From contig JABEVK010000104.1 of assembly GCA_013044245.1 (NCBI GenBank), forward strand, positions 100 through 64,099: a stretch of DNA of 64,000 bases, written 5' to 3'. The stretch comes from Spirochaetales bacterium (GTDB lineage: Bacteria > Spirochaetota > Spirochaetia > JABEVK01). Below, piece by piece: positions 19,428 to 29,457 of this stretch. The notes beneath the pieces were generated by a model. It did not search any database. It saw only the letters and a program-made list of their open reading frames with translations, and had not been told where the DNA came from. A program made the position numbers and the translations under genes. Numbering within the stretch: the first letter of the stretch is position 1; every line of letters begins with the position of its first letter.

Positions 19428-20618
19428 ATGATCGTAAAACCTAAAATCATTAACAATATTTGCCTTACGTCACATCCCGTAGGTTGTGCCGCCGATGTCG
19501 AGCGCCAAATTGCTTACGTCCAGTCTAAGGGTCCCCTTTCGCAGGCACCCAAGAATGTACTTGTGATTGGATCTTCAACCGGCTACGGCCTAGCCAGTCG
19601 TATCGTTGCCGCCTTTGGAGGTGGTGCAAAAACGATTGGCGTTGCCTTTGAACGCGCGGGAAGTGAAAAAGGCCCGGGAACAGCCGGGTTCTATAATACG
19701 ATTGCCTTTGACCGTTTAGCCGCAAAGGCGGGGCTTTTTAGCAAAAGCTTCAATGCCGACGCCTTTTCTACCGAAACCAAAACGGCGGTACTCGATGCCG
19801 TGCGCACTCACTTGGGTAAAATTGACCTCTTAGTCTATAGCTTAGCAAGTCCAGTCCGTACTGACCCCAAAGATGGCGTCCAGTATCGGTCGGTCCTCAA
19901 GCCAATTGGCCATGATTATGTCGCAAAATCGATTGATCCCTTTAAAGGGGAAGTCAAAATTGCTACGGTCAGTCCTGCAACCCCCGAGGAAGTAGCCGCC
20001 ACAGTGAAAGTCATGGGCGGGGAAGATTGGCAATTGTGGATTGAGACTCTTGCTCAAGCGGGGTTGCTTGCCTCTGGGTTCCGCACGGTGGCGTATTCGT
20101 ACATTGGACCAGAAGTGACCTATCCGTTTTACCGTTCCGGAACAATTGGTAAAGCCAAAGAACACCTGGAAGGCACCGTGAAAGCACTCAACCAAGGTCC
20201 GTTGGCGGCCCTTGGCGGAAAGGCTTTTGTCAGCGTCAACAAAGCCTTGGTCACCCGTGCCAGCGCCGTCATTCCTGCAGTCTCCCTCTACATTTCTTTG
20301 CTTTACAAAGTCATGAAAGCTAAAGGCATTCATGAAGGCTGTATTGAACAAATCGATCGGTTGTTCCGTGATCGGCTGAGCGCCTCCACCGTACCCACCG
20401 ATTCTCAAGGGCTAATTCGTATTGACGATTGGGAAATGCGAGCTGACGTTCAAGGCGAAATTGCTGCGCTTTGGGACAAAGTTACTGCAGAAAACTTAAC
20501 GCAGATAGCGGATATTGCAGGCTTTGAGAAAGATTTCCTTCAGTTGAATGGTTTTGCCCTTCCTGGTGTGGACTATGAAGCTGACCTTTCCTTGCAGTTG
20601 CTTGAAGCCGGAGTTTAA
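19428..20618 (+). CDS. fabV: trans-2-enoyl-CoA/ACP reductase (NADH), FabV family
   Basis: Diagnostic N-terminus MIVKPKIINNICLTSHPVGCAADVERQIAYV. About 396 aa. Confidence 0.9.
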   Translation: MIVKPKIINNICLTSHPVGCAADVERQIAYVQSKGPLSQAPKNVLVIGSSTGYGLASRIVAAFGGGAKTIGVAFERAGSEKGPGTAGFYNTIAFDRLAAKAGLFSKSFNADAFSTETKTAVLDAVRTHLGKIDLLVYSLASPVRTDPKDGVQYRSVLKPIGHDYVAKSIDPFKGEVKIATVSPATPEEVAATVKVMGGEDWQLWIETLAQAGLLASGFRTVAYSYIGPEVTYPFYRSGTIGKAKEHLEGTVKALNQGPLAALGGKAFVSVNKALVTRASAVIPAVSLYISLLYKVMKAKGIHEGCIEQIDRLFRDRLSASTVPTDSQGLIRIDDWEMRADVQGEIAALWDKVTAENLTQIADIAGFEKDFLQLNGFALPGVDYEADLSLQLLEAGV

Positions 20619-20637
20619 CTTTAGGGCAAGCTAAACC

Positions 20638-21960
20638 ATGCTGAATTCATTTTGGTTTCAGGCTCTGGTGATCTTTGCCCTCATCCTTTTAAACGGCTTT
20701 TTCGCGATGTCCGAAATTGCTATTGTGGCTTCGCGAAAAGCCCGACTTCAGCAAAAGGCTGCTGAGGGTAATGCCAGCAGTCAACGTGTCCTTGAGCTGA
20801 AAGCTCATCCGGGGCCCTTTTTGTCGAGTATGCAGGTGGGAGTAACTCTTATCGGCATCCTTTCGGGTGCGCTAGGCGAACGAACACTTTCAGAATCGTT
20901 AGGGCATGACTTAAAAAACATCCCCTGGTTGGCGCCTTATGCCTCGCTGGTAAGCCTCATTACCGTTGTTGTCGGGATCACCATCGTCTCGATTATTGTC
21001 GGAGAACTCGTACCCAAACGAGTCGCATTGAGTAACCCCGAGACTGCCGCCTCTCGCCTGGTCCACCCCGTTCGAATCTTTTCTCTCTTCTTTCGCCCTT
21101 TGGAGCGCCTTTTAACGGGCTCAACCGAACTGATTCTCAAAGTTTTAAAAATTCACGAAACACCCGAGCCGCCTGTTACCGAAGACGAGCTGGTCTTGAT
21201 GCTCAAAGAAGGCCGCAAAGCTGGTGTCTTTCAGGAAGTGGAACAGTTGGTTGTCGAGAATGTACTCTATCTGGATGATAAAGGTGCTCACGGGTACATT
21301 ACGCCGCGTGTTGACGTGATTTATCTTGAGAAAGATGCGGGCGAAACCGAGGTCAAACAGTTTATTCTTGAAAATCAACAGCAATCAAGTTTTCCGGTCT
21401 GCGCCGGTGGCATGGATAACGTCGTCGGTACCGCTGAAGTAAAACGTCTGCTCACCGCTATGGCTATGGGGACCTACACGTCCCTGAAAGACTACCTTGA
21501 ACCTCCCCACTTTCTCCCTGAAACCGTCAGCGCACTCAAAGTTCTGGGAATTTTCAAAGAAAAAAATATCAGCCTGGTTTTTATTATCGACGAGTACGGT
21601 GGACTTTTAGGCGTCATGACAATGCAAAATATCCTCGAGAGGCTTTTTGGGGCCGCAGTACCTCATCATAAAGAGGCTCCTCGCCTGATGCGTCGTTCCG
21701 ATGGGAGCTACCTCATTGACGGAGCCTTGCCAATGGCAGATTTTGCCCGGTTTTTTGATTGTGAGAGGGAATGGGAACATGAAAAAGGGGAGTACCATAC
21801 GGTAGCAGGGTTCATTCTTGTTCGTATGGGACGAATTCCTGCCCCTGGAAATTATTTTGTGTGGAAAACCTTCTATTTTGAAATCAGTGAAATGGACGGC
21901 AACCGCGTTGATACAATCATCGTGAGAAAATTTGAAAAACGTGCACTGGCAAATCAATAG
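20638..21960 (+). CDS. hemolysin-family/CNNM (CorC) transporter-associated protein (DUF21-CBS pair-CorC_HlyC)
   Basis: N-terminal DUF21 TM domain, CBS pair, and C-terminal CorC/HlyC transporter-associated domain. Confidence 0.85.
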   Translation: MLNSFWFQALVIFALILLNGFFAMSEIAIVASRKARLQQKAAEGNASSQRVLELKAHPGPFLSSMQVGVTLIGILSGALGERTLSESLGHDLKNIPWLAPYASLVSLITVVVGITIVSIIVGELVPKRVALSNPETAASRLVHPVRIFSLFFRPLERLLTGSTELILKVLKIHETPEPPVTEDELVLMLKEGRKAGVFQEVEQLVVENVLYLDDKGAHGYITPRVDVIYLEKDAGETEVKQFILENQQQSSFPVCAGGMDNVVGTAEVKRLLTAMAMGTYTSLKDYLEPPHFLPETVSALKVLGIFKEKNISLVFIIDEYGGLLGVMTMQNILERLFGAAVPHHKEAPRLMRRSDGSYLIDGALPMADFARFFDCEREWEHEKGEYHTVAGFILVRMGRIPAPGNYFVWKTFYFEISEMDGNRVDTIIVRKFEKRALANQ

Positions 21961-21971
21961 TAACAATAAGA

Positions 21972-22433
21972 GTGAAGCAAATGGCAAAGTTATTCAAAAA
22001 TGATCGGGGCCAGATTTGGGTACTTGGTCAATTTGTTTGGGGCGGGTTACTTTTACTGGCGGGCCCCCTCAGTAGCCTGGGTTCATTTTGGCCGGCCTTG
22101 GTCGTAACGATCGTAGGCGGAGGACTTTCTATAGCCGCCGTGCTTAACCTGGGCAACAATCTGAGTGTGTTTCCTAAACCAAAAGACGATGCCGTATTTG
22201 TAGACCGAGGCCTCTACCGGTGGGTCAGACATCCTATTTATTCAGGGCTTCTTGTAGCAGGGATTGGCTGGTGTATTTTTTGGTTATCGTGGCCTGCCTG
22301 CATTCTTGAGGTGATATTTGTTCTTTGGATGGACCGAAAAGCCGCCTCAGAGGAGCGTTGGCTGAATCAACGCTATTCTAACTATGCAGCCTACCAAAAA
22401 CGTGTCAAAAAATTCTTCCCTGGCCTGTATTAG
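21972..22433 (+). CDS. isoprenylcysteine carboxyl methyltransferase (ICMT/PEMT) family membrane methyltransferase
   Basis: RWVRHPIYSGLLVAGIGW motif. 4 TM helices. Confidence 0.75.
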   Translation: MKQMAKLFKNDRGQIWVLGQFVWGGLLLLAGPLSSLGSFWPALVVTIVGGGLSIAAVLNLGNNLSVFPKPKDDAVFVDRGLYRWVRHPIYSGLLVAGIGWCIFWLSWPACILEVIFVLWMDRKAASEERWLNQRYSNYAAYQKRVKKFFPGLY

Positions 22434-22456
22434 CTTTCTGCGTTATTTAAACCTTG

Positions 22457-22804
22457 TTAAATCCCCATTCCAGAAAGATAATTGCAAAAAGTGTTCACAG
22501 CTTGGGTAAGCGACGGATGACTGGCTTCAAACTTCTCAACGGAGGTTTCTAAGGCATTAACCGACGCTTTCAGTAAGGCCGGGTTTTGTTGAGTCCTCAA
22601 AACCTGCTTGGTGGTCACCTGAGCAAAATCAGCGATACTACCAGCGTCTTCTTGATGGGTTACTGCCAGCTGTTCGACTTCGGAACTCAAACTCTTCACC
22701 AAAATGAGCAGGTCAGCTCTTTGAGCGACGGACAAATTTTCTGAGGTTTGAATTTTTGCTTCAAGGTCGTGTATGGTGTTTTGAATTAGGCTGTTTTGGA
22801 TCAT
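22457..22804 (-). CDS. hypothetical protein (alpha-helical)
   Basis: ORF starting at MIQNS; the longer ORF extends to 22882. No domain recognised. Confidence 0.45.
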   Translation of the reverse strand: MIQNSLIQNTIHDLEAKIQTSENLSVAQRADLLILVKSLSSEVEQLAVTHQEDAGSIADFAQVTTKQVLRTQQNPALLKASVNALETSVEKFEASHPSLTQAVNTFCNYLSGMGI

Positions 22805-22915
22805 GGCGTTCCCCCCTGTCTTTATTTTCGTCCTAGAACAGCCTAATAGCAAGGGCTCGCTTATGGGCTCTGGCGAACTCAAGCTTAGCGAGCTATACTT
22901 TTCTTAGAGGCGAAT

Positions 22916-23278
22916 ATGGAAGAAAAACGCGAGCAAGCTCGTTATCAAATACGGCAGTTTGTGAAAATTGATTTTAACCGCGAAGAGTTTCTTCCGGCGG
23001 AAGGTCTGAATATCAGCGCCAACGGCTTGCTGTGCCGTGTTCCGCGCCCCTTATCCCCTGGTCAACGACTATTTTTGATGCTCAATTTGGGCACCCCGCG
23101 TGACCCCATCATTTTGAATGTAGAAGCTCTCATCATTTGGACAAAGACCGACCACGCCGAACTACCCTCTTGGTTAGCGGGAGTAGAGTTCCTTGACCTG
23201 ACGGAAAATCAAAAAGAGCAAATCCTCGCCTTTCTTGCCTACGACCGTTCAAGAGTTGCCGAGTGTCCAGAGACTTAA
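22916..23278 (+). CDS. stand-alone PilZ-domain protein (c-di-GMP receptor)
   Basis: REQARYQIR (RxxxR) and NISANGLL (D/NxSxxG) motifs. Confidence 0.7.
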   Translation: MEEKREQARYQIRQFVKIDFNREEFLPAEGLNISANGLLCRVPRPLSPGQRLFLMLNLGTPRDPIILNVEALIIWTKTDHAELPSWLAGVEFLDLTENQKEQILAFLAYDRSRVAECPET

Positions 23279-23285
23279 AGTACGC

Positions 23286-23933
23286 TTAGGTCCCTGAAGA
23301 CGCCATTGCCTGCTGTACCTGCTGTTTACCACGCTGGGCGTCAGAGTTATTGGGGTCTTGATTCAGGGCCTCATTATAGGCCTTCAAAGCCGAGGGGTAG
23401 TCTTTTTCTAAGTAGCGGGCATACCCCAACCTCGCCCACCAAGCGGCAATTTGAGGAGCGTGATAAACTGCCGTAGTTAAGGCAATATCGGCATGGTTAT
23501 ATTCGCCCAACTGCAGATAAATCTCTCCCATAAAATAATAGGCCCTCTCGATGCGATCACCAGAGGGGGCTAAAACCACGTATTGCTCAAAATTATGCAA
23601 AGCGTCAACGTTCTTTCCTAAATAATACTGGGCTTCAGCCTGCGCCTCAATGACGCGGAAATCATAAGGGTTTACCTTGAGCGCCTGATTGGTGTAATCC
23701 AAAGCTTCCTGATATTTTTCCAGTTTAAGCAACGCCCAGGTCAACACCACAAACGAGTCCATGTTTTGAGGATTGGCTTTAAGTTCATTTTGACAGATCG
23801 AAACAGAATCCTGATAGTTGCCGTTTCGATACGCCGCTAAGGCGTCGGGAGGATCAGCAAGGAGCGGAGTAAGACCGGCAACGAGGGTAAAAAGCACAAG
23901 TATGGCTGGCAAAGACCAACGAGAGTATTTCAC
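23286..23933 (-). CDS. secreted TPR-repeat protein
   Basis: TPR repeats throughout. Chosen GTG start gives signal peptide MKYSRWSLPAILVLFTLVAGLTPLLA. The GTG overlaps the bactofilin TGA stop (GTGA). Confidence 0.7.
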   Translation of the reverse strand: MKYSRWSLPAILVLFTLVAGLTPLLADPPDALAAYRNGNYQDSVSICQNELKANPQNMDSFVVLTWALLKLEKYQEALDYTNQALKVNPYDFRVIEAQAEAQYYLGKNVDALHNFEQYVVLAPSGDRIERAYYFMGEIYLQLGEYNHADIALTTAVYHAPQIAAWWARLGYARYLEKDYPSALKAYNEALNQDPNNSDAQRGKQQVQQAMASSGT

Positions 23934-24292
23934 TGTGAGCCTCCGGAAGGCATGGTACAAATCCCATTAAATTTCGCACCGGCCTCCATGAGGATCTCGG
24001 GGCAAGTCATATCCCCTTCGACAACGGCGCTAGAAGAAAGTTCAATACGACGACTGGCAATGATGTTGCCCACTACCCTGCCGTGAACATAAACAACACG
24101 GGCTTCAACTCGGGCTTCGACCACCGCTTTATCACCAATATAAAGGTCGCCAGTGGCCCGAACATCACCACGTAGAGCGCCTTTGATCATTAAAGATTCG
24201 GTAAAGCGTAATTCGCCTTCAAACGAAAAGTTTTCGGCAAGAACCGTATCGAGCTCGCGCTCATCAACGTCCAGGTATTGCGTTTCGGACAT
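23930..24292 (-). CDS. bactofilin (polymer-forming cytoskeletal protein)
   Basis: Beta-helical bactofilin repeats (IKGALRGDVRATGDLYIGDKAVVEARVEARVVYVHGRVVGNI). Confidence 0.85.
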   Translation of the reverse strand: MSETQYLDVDERELDTVLAENFSFEGELRFTESLMIKGALRGDVRATGDLYIGDKAVVEARVEARVVYVHGRVVGNIIASRRIELSSSAVVEGDMTCPEILMEAGAKFNGICTMPSGGSQ

Positions 24293-24301
24293 AGATTTAT
24301 C

Positions 24302-25054
24302 CTAGCGGCGCTCAGAGACGCTGTCAAGCGAGCCCGACAGTCGGTCTAGGATCCGGTTGAGCGAGCGTTTTAAGTCATCTCGCATCTCAGAAGTATAAGG
24401 ATTATAGGTCTGAAGATCCAAAAAAAGCTGAAACGGATCATTGCAGGTCTGTTGCACAATATCCAAAAGCTTTTTGTAACCCTGAGTGGCGATGGGGTGG
24501 TCGGTTAAATGCATGTCGGACAAGACCCTACCGATAAAGTGTGTCACACCCTGAGTATAGGCCGCCGCTTTGTCATGTTCGTCGGGCGTCATGTCAATCA
24601 CCGACAAACCTTGCTCAGAAAAGTCACGTTTCCAGAAGCTAAAGGATTCCCAGGCCCCCCGTAAGTTGTGCAAAACAAGCGGTAGTCCGTTTAGACCCTG
24701 CCGAGCAGAATCAGGGCCAAACATCGGATGGGTCGCCAACAAAGATACCTCGGGGGGCAGAATGGATAACATTTGGCGAGCGGGAACAACCTTGACAGAG
24801 CAGGTATCAGCAATAACCTGCCCCGGTCGAGCCAACGGACAAAGTTCGTTAAGCACTGGCTCCATGGCGCTAATCGCGCAACATAAAAAAACCGTGTCAT
24901 TGTTAGCCATTAACTCTTCAAGAGAGGCTTGTCTGACCCCAGGGGGTACCTCTCGGCCTGGGCTCCGGTTATAAACAGTAACCTGATGTCTTTTCGCTAA
25001 AAGGGAAGCCCAAAATCTGCCGAATCGGCCTAGACCGTAAACACCCACGTTCAT
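24302..25054 (-). CDS. tyrA: prephenate/arogenate dehydrogenase
   Basis: N-terminal Rossmann motif VGVYGLGRFGRFWA. PDH catalytic region with His (HPMFGP). Confidence 0.8.
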   Translation of the reverse strand: MNVGVYGLGRFGRFWASLLAKRHQVTVYNRSPGREVPPGVRQASLEELMANNDTVFLCCAISAMEPVLNELCPLARPGQVIADTCSVKVVPARQMLSILPPEVSLLATHPMFGPDSARQGLNGLPLVLHNLRGAWESFSFWKRDFSEQGLSVIDMTPDEHDKAAAYTQGVTHFIGRVLSDMHLTDHPIATQGYKKLLDIVQQTCNDPFQLFLDLQTYNPYTSEMRDDLKRSLNRILDRLSGSLDSVSERR

Positions 25055-25131
25055 AACCGCATCCTATCTTGACGTTCGCCCCCTTTCAAGCCCCGTCAGG
25101 CTCATGCTACACTGACTGCGAGGAGATAGAA

Positions 25132-26127
25132 ATGACCTTTACCGAACGCATGCGGGCTCAGGCAAAGTCCCTGCAAAAACGTCTAGTTCTGCCCGAAGGG
25201 ACTGAACCTCGAACCATTCCCGCGGCCAGGAAGATCGTGGACGAGGGATTGGCTCGTGAAGTTGTCCTTTTGGGACCCGAAGCAGCTATCCGGGCTAAAG
25301 CAAAAGAACTTAACGTCAGTCTTAACGGAATACACGTCGTAGACCCTGCTACCAGCCCGTTGTTAGACACTTACGCCGCAGAATATTACGAGCTACGCAA
25401 GGCAAAAGGCATCAGCCTCGATGAGGCCAAAAAAAAGATCCAAGACGTGCTGTTTTGGGGCTCGATGATGGTTCGTCGTGGCGATAGCGACGCCTTGGTA
25501 GCCGGAGCCGACAATAGCACAGCTAATGTGTTGACAGCCGCTTTTCAAATCATCAAAACCGCGCCAGGTGTTAAGTCCGCTTCGAGCTGTTTTGTGATGG
25601 AAATTCCTGAAAAAAAATGGGGTCACGAGGGTATGATGGTCTTCTCAGACTGCGCCATCATCCCTGACCCTAACGCCGAACAACTGGCTGAAATAGCCCT
25701 CAGTGCGGCGCAGTCCTTTCGTACCTATGTTGGGGCGGAACCAGTTGTCGCCATGCTGTCGTTTTCAACCAAAGGCTCAGCAAGCCATCCGGATGCCGAC
25801 AAGGTGATAGAAGCCGTGCGTTTAGCCCATGCCAAAGCACCTGAGCTAAAAATCGACGGTGAATTGCAAGCGGATGCAGCCCTCGTCCCCTCGGTTGCCC
25901 AAAAGAAGGCCCCTGGTTCTGCTGTTGCCGGAAAAGCCAATGTTTTGGTCTTCCCCGATTTAGGAGCCGGTAACATTGGTTATAAGTTAGTCCAGAGACT
26001 TGCAGGCGCCGAAGCTTATGGCCCCTTCCTTCAGGGAATGGCCAAACCCTGTAGTGACCTTTCCCGTGGTTGCAGTATAGACGACATTGTGAACACCTGT
26101 GCAGTCATTCTTTGCCAAGCTCGTTAA
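25132..26127 (+). CDS. pta: phosphate acetyltransferase (short type)
   Basis: I chose the internal start MTFTERMRAQ, which has a GAGGAG RBS. Phosphate acetyl/butyryl transferase domain motifs are present. Confidence 0.85.
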   Translation: MTFTERMRAQAKSLQKRLVLPEGTEPRTIPAARKIVDEGLAREVVLLGPEAAIRAKAKELNVSLNGIHVVDPATSPLLDTYAAEYYELRKAKGISLDEAKKKIQDVLFWGSMMVRRGDSDALVAGADNSTANVLTAAFQIIKTAPGVKSASSCFVMEIPEKKWGHEGMMVFSDCAIIPDPNAEQLAEIALSAAQSFRTYVGAEPVVAMLSFSTKGSASHPDADKVIEAVRLAHAKAPELKIDGELQADAALVPSVAQKKAPGSAVAGKANVLVFPDLGAGNIGYKLVQRLAGAEAYGPFLQGMAKPCSDLSRGCSIDDIVNTCAVILCQAR

Positions 26128-26139
26128 CGAGGTCAGAAC

Positions 26140-26568
26140 ATGACGTCCCCTCAACAAGCCGCTTGGCAAGTTTTAGGGCAGGAACTGGGATCTCCCGTGC
26201 TTGCTCTTATCCTTGGACAAGCCCTAACTTCGTCAGCCGGTGTACCGGCTGGCGAATGGGGGATGTACATTTTGACCGAAAGTGCCTTGCATTATCGGCA
26301 TGAGCCTAGTCAAGGGGTGCTGGCAGGCATGATTAAAATTGACCGAGCCGATCAACCTCGACTTCTGGGCTTTAATCGTTCAGAGGTGTTAGCCTGTCGG
26401 TACCATCAAGGAACCTTCTGGAAGCGCCTCTTTGCCGGTGAAAACGATTTTATTACGTTAGAATGGTCCAATGGAGCACCTCCCCTGAGCTTTGAGCCCT
26501 TAGAAGGGGGAGGAGCTTGGGCAATGCAGGTCAATCAGCATTTTCAGTTACCACAAAAGGCGCTCTAA
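26140..26568 (+). CDS. hypothetical protein
   Basis: 142-aa ORF 12 nt downstream of pta, likely co-transcribed. No domain recognised. Confidence 0.5.
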   Translation: MTSPQQAAWQVLGQELGSPVLALILGQALTSSAGVPAGEWGMYILTESALHYRHEPSQGVLAGMIKIDRADQPRLLGFNRSEVLACRYHQGTFWKRLFAGENDFITLEWSNGAPPLSFEPLEGGGAWAMQVNQHFQLPQKAL

Positions 26569-26584
26569 AGCCCAAACGACAAAC

Positions 26585-27508
26585 TCAAGTCAGCGATATC
26601 CCGTTAAGGTCAAACGGAGTTTGCTGGTAAACGCTGTAGTTCAACCAGTTAGCATACAGCAGGTGAGCATGCGACCTCCAGGTGATCTCTGGTAAATTGC
26701 GCGGATCATTTTGAGGAAAGTAATTCTGCATCAAGTAGCCGGGGTTTCCTGTAGCAGTATCACGTTCGTACTCCCGCTTGAGCGTATCACGGTCATATTC
26801 CGGGTGACCGGTCACAAAAATCCGTCTACGGTCTTCGGTAGTGACTAAAAACACCCCCGCTTCTGGGGATTCAGCAATCAGGCGCAAACCAGGAATCGCT
26901 AAAATATCCTCGCGCCGTGTTTCGGTGTACCGTGAGTGAGGTGCCGGGAACCACGTGTCAAACCCTCGAACGATGGGCTCATTGGGTTCCAGAATCTCGT
27001 GTTGAAAGACCCCGGCCAGTTTCTGTTCAAGGGATACCTTAGGAACACCAAAAAAATGATAGAGCGCGGCCTGAGCACTCCAGCAGATGTGCAGAGTGGA
27101 ATAGACATGCGTTTCACTCCACTCAAAGATATCGGTGAGTTCAGCCCAGTAGTCGACTTTTTCAAAATCGTACAGTTCTACAGGAGCTCCCGTAGTGATC
27201 AAACCATCGAATCTTTCTTGGCGAATTTGGCTGTAGGTTTTATAAAAAGCAGAAAGATGTTCTTTTGGAGTGTTCTTGGTTTCATGCGAACCCATGTGTA
27301 AAAAGGTGATCTCGATTTGAAGCGGGGTGTTTCCTAGGAGTCTCAACAACTGAGTTTCTGTCTGAATTTTTGTCGGCATAAGGTTAAGGATGGCGATTTT
27401 TAAGGGTCGTATGTCCTGATGAACCGCCCTATCATCGGTCATGACAAAAATATTTTCTTTTTCTAACAATTCCCGTGCAGGGAGGTTTGCAGGAATTTTG
27501 ACCGGCAT
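26585..27508 (-). CDS. metA: homoserine O-acyltransferase (MetA family)
   Basis: MPVKIPANLPARELLEKENIFVM ... IAILNLMP... typical MetA N-terminus. 307 aa. RBS AAGGAG. Confidence 0.9.
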   Translation of the reverse strand: MPVKIPANLPARELLEKENIFVMTDDRAVHQDIRPLKIAILNLMPTKIQTETQLLRLLGNTPLQIEITFLHMGSHETKNTPKEHLSAFYKTYSQIRQERFDGLITTGAPVELYDFEKVDYWAELTDIFEWSETHVYSTLHICWSAQAALYHFFGVPKVSLEQKLAGVFQHEILEPNEPIVRGFDTWFPAPHSRYTETRREDILAIPGLRLIAESPEAGVFLVTTEDRRRIFVTGHPEYDRDTLKREYERDTATGNPGYLMQNYFPQNDPRNLPEITWRSHAHLLYANWLNYSVYQQTPFDLNGISLT

Positions 27509-27682
27509 TTTCCTTACTCCTTAGCGTATTTCCAAACAGAACTATCGTTTAAAAAGGCTGAACCGTTTATTTACGATGGTTTAAATTAGCATAATTTAAG
27601 GCAAACCGGAAAGCCGTCCGTGATAAATCCGTAATCCGGGGTAAGCTTTAAGAAAATTCACTGAAAAAAAGGAGATTTCATC

Positions 27683-28507
27683 ATGTTTAAGCTCTACCGT
27701 ATTCTGGTCATACTCAGTTTCTCTGTGAGCCTTTCAGCCTGTTCTAGCTTGGATGTCGCCGATATGATCCTCCATTCGCAGACGGGTCAAGAAAATCCTC
27801 CGCCCCAAGCATCGACACCGTCCTCGACCTCGACACCGTCCTCGACTTCGACTTCGACTTCGGGTGCTGCGGTACTCACTGGGGTCCAAAACCTTACACC
27901 TTCGGCAAAAACCTATCCGGCTAGTGCCAAGGTTTCAGGTCCTCAAGATTTTTCGGCCGTAAAAGTCGGCGACTGGGCAGTCTACAAAGTTCTCAAAGGT
28001 GGACAAATTTCTACGGTGATTAAGCTTGCGGTTGTCGGCAAATCGGACGACGCGTGGATTTATGAGTTCGATAGCTACACACAAGATCACAGCACCGCCA
28101 TGCAAATGGCTGTAAAAAATCTTAACCAGGCTCTGGGCTCGGCACAAGACGAAGGTGATAAAATATTGTGGATGAAGATAAAAGATGAACAGGGCAAAAT
28201 TACCAAATTTGAGGGGTCGATGCTGGGTATGATGAAAAACATGAGCAAAGCCGCGCTAACGGGAGGCTCTGAGTATGTTTCGTCCGTGGAAAAGGGCGGA
28301 ACCGTCACCGTACCAGCGGGTACTTTCTTGGGAACCTGGAAAGTCAGCTCCCACGTCTCGAACGGCAGAACCTCTGAATCGGGTATGGCCTGGGTGTCAA
28401 CCCGCGTTCCCCTTTGGCACGTTGTAAAATCGGTTAGCGATAATGGGTCCACCAGCATGGAGCTGGTGGACTTTGGAACTACGGGGTTCGTTTCAGCCTT
28501 CGATTAG
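27683..28507 (+). CDS. lipoprotein with Ser/Thr-rich linker
   Basis: Lipobox LSAC. STPSSTSTPSSTSTSTS linker encoded by tandem DNA repeats. Confidence 0.6.
   Translation: MFKLYRILVILSFSVSLSACSSLDVADMILHSQTGQENPPPQASTPSSTSTPSSTSTSTSGAAVLTGVQNLTPSAKTYPASAKVSGPQDFSAVKVGDWAVYKVLKGGQISTVIKLAVVGKSDDAWIYEFDSYTQDHSTAMQMAVKNLNQALGSAQDEGDKILWMKIKDEQGKITKFEGSMLGMMKNMSKAALTGGSEYVSSVEKGGTVTVPAGTFLGTWKVSSHVSNGRTSESGMAWVSTRVPLWHVVKSVSDNGSTSMELVDFGTTGFVSAFD
27812..27862 (+). repeat. in-frame coding tandem repeat (2 x 18 bp TCGACACCGTCCTCGACC + ~3 x TCGACT) encoding STPSST linker
   Basis: Direct tandem repeat seen inside the lipoprotein gene. Confidence 0.7.
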
Positions 28508-28545
28508 GTTCACCTCGCCTCGGCTGTTCAAAGGAGCTAAAGAGC

Positions 28546-29457
28546 TTAGGTGAAAAGACCATCCACTGACAGGTACCGTTCACCGGTATCATAGTTAAAG
28601 GTCAGGATCTTTTCACCGCTCTTAACCTCGGGTAATTTTTTCGCTACCGCTGCTAGTGCAGCTCCTGTAGAAACACCGCCAAAGATGCCTTCTTCACGAG
28701 CCAAGCGAACGGCCCATTCATAGGATTCTTCTTTTGTCACGGTAATTACGCCGTCAAGGATTTGCTGATGCAGGTTGCCCGGGACAAAGCCCGCACCTAA
28801 GCCTTGCAAAGGGTGTGGTCCAGGCTGGCCTCCCGATAGAACGGGGGACTGGGAGGGCTCAACCGCAAAGACCTTTAGTGCAGGGAACTTGGGTTTGAGA
28901 ACTTCGGCCACCCCTGTAATGTGCCCTCCCGTGCCCACACCAGTAATGATGTAGTTCAGGCCATCGGGAAAGTCTTTCAAGATTTCTTGCGCGGTTGTAT
29001 TTTGGTGCACCGTAACGTTCGAAGGATTATCAAACTGGCTAGGAATCCAAGAGTTAGAGTTCTGCTCGTGCAACTCCTGAGCGCGAGCAATTGCCCCCTT
29101 CATCCCTTTTTCGCGGGGGGTGAGGTCAAATTGGGCACCGTAAGCAGACATTAAACGTCGTCTTTCAATCGACATCGACTCGGGCATCACCAAAATTAGC
29201 TTGTAGCCCTTCACAGCGGCCACCATGGCTAAACCAATGCCGGTATTGCCGCTGGTGGGTTCAATGATCACTGTATCTTTTTTGAGAAGGCCACGTTTTT
29301 CAGCGTCCTCGACCATGGCCAAGGCAATTCGATCCTTCAGACTTCCGCCCGGATTACTCCGCTCTAACTTGATCCAAACTTCTTGGCCCGGAAAAAGCTT
29401 TTTTAGACGGACATGGGGGGTGTTTCCTATCGTATGCAGAATGTTTTCGTATTTCAT
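28546..29457 (-). CDS. cysK: cysteine synthase A (O-acetylserine sulfhydrylase)
   Basis: PLP Lys motif [18 protein letters not shown] ... GTGGHITG motifs. 303 aa. RBS GAGGAGG. Confidence 0.9.
   Translation of the reverse strand: MKYENILHTIGNTPHVRLKKLFPGQEVWIKLERSNPGGSLKDRIALAMVEDAEKRGLLKKDTVIIEPTSGNTGIGLAMVAAVKGYKLILVMPESMSIERRRLMSAYGAQFDLTPREKGMKGAIARAQELHEQNSNSWIPSQFDNPSNVTVHQNTTAQEILKDFPDGLNYIITGVGTGGHITGVAEVLKPKFPALKVFAVEPSQSPVLSGGQPGPHPLQGLGAGFVPGNLHQQILDGVITVTKEESYEWAVRLAREEGIFGGVSTGAALAAVAKKLPEVKSGEKILTFNYDTGERYLSVDGLFT

Noticed and set aside
23933-23960. Longer TTG-initiated form of the TPR protein (start at 23960)
   Set aside because: It would overlap the bactofilin gene by 31 bp and place 9 residues ahead of a perfectly good signal peptide. 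The GTG at 23933 gives a GTGA start-stop coupling, so I preferred it.
25393-25976. Antisense ORFs within pta (25393-25626, 25725-25976), and similar antisense ORFs in hcpR, hcp, cytochrome b and other genes
   Set aside because: They lie fully inside well-supported genes on the opposite strand and show no start context. They are typical spurious ORFs.
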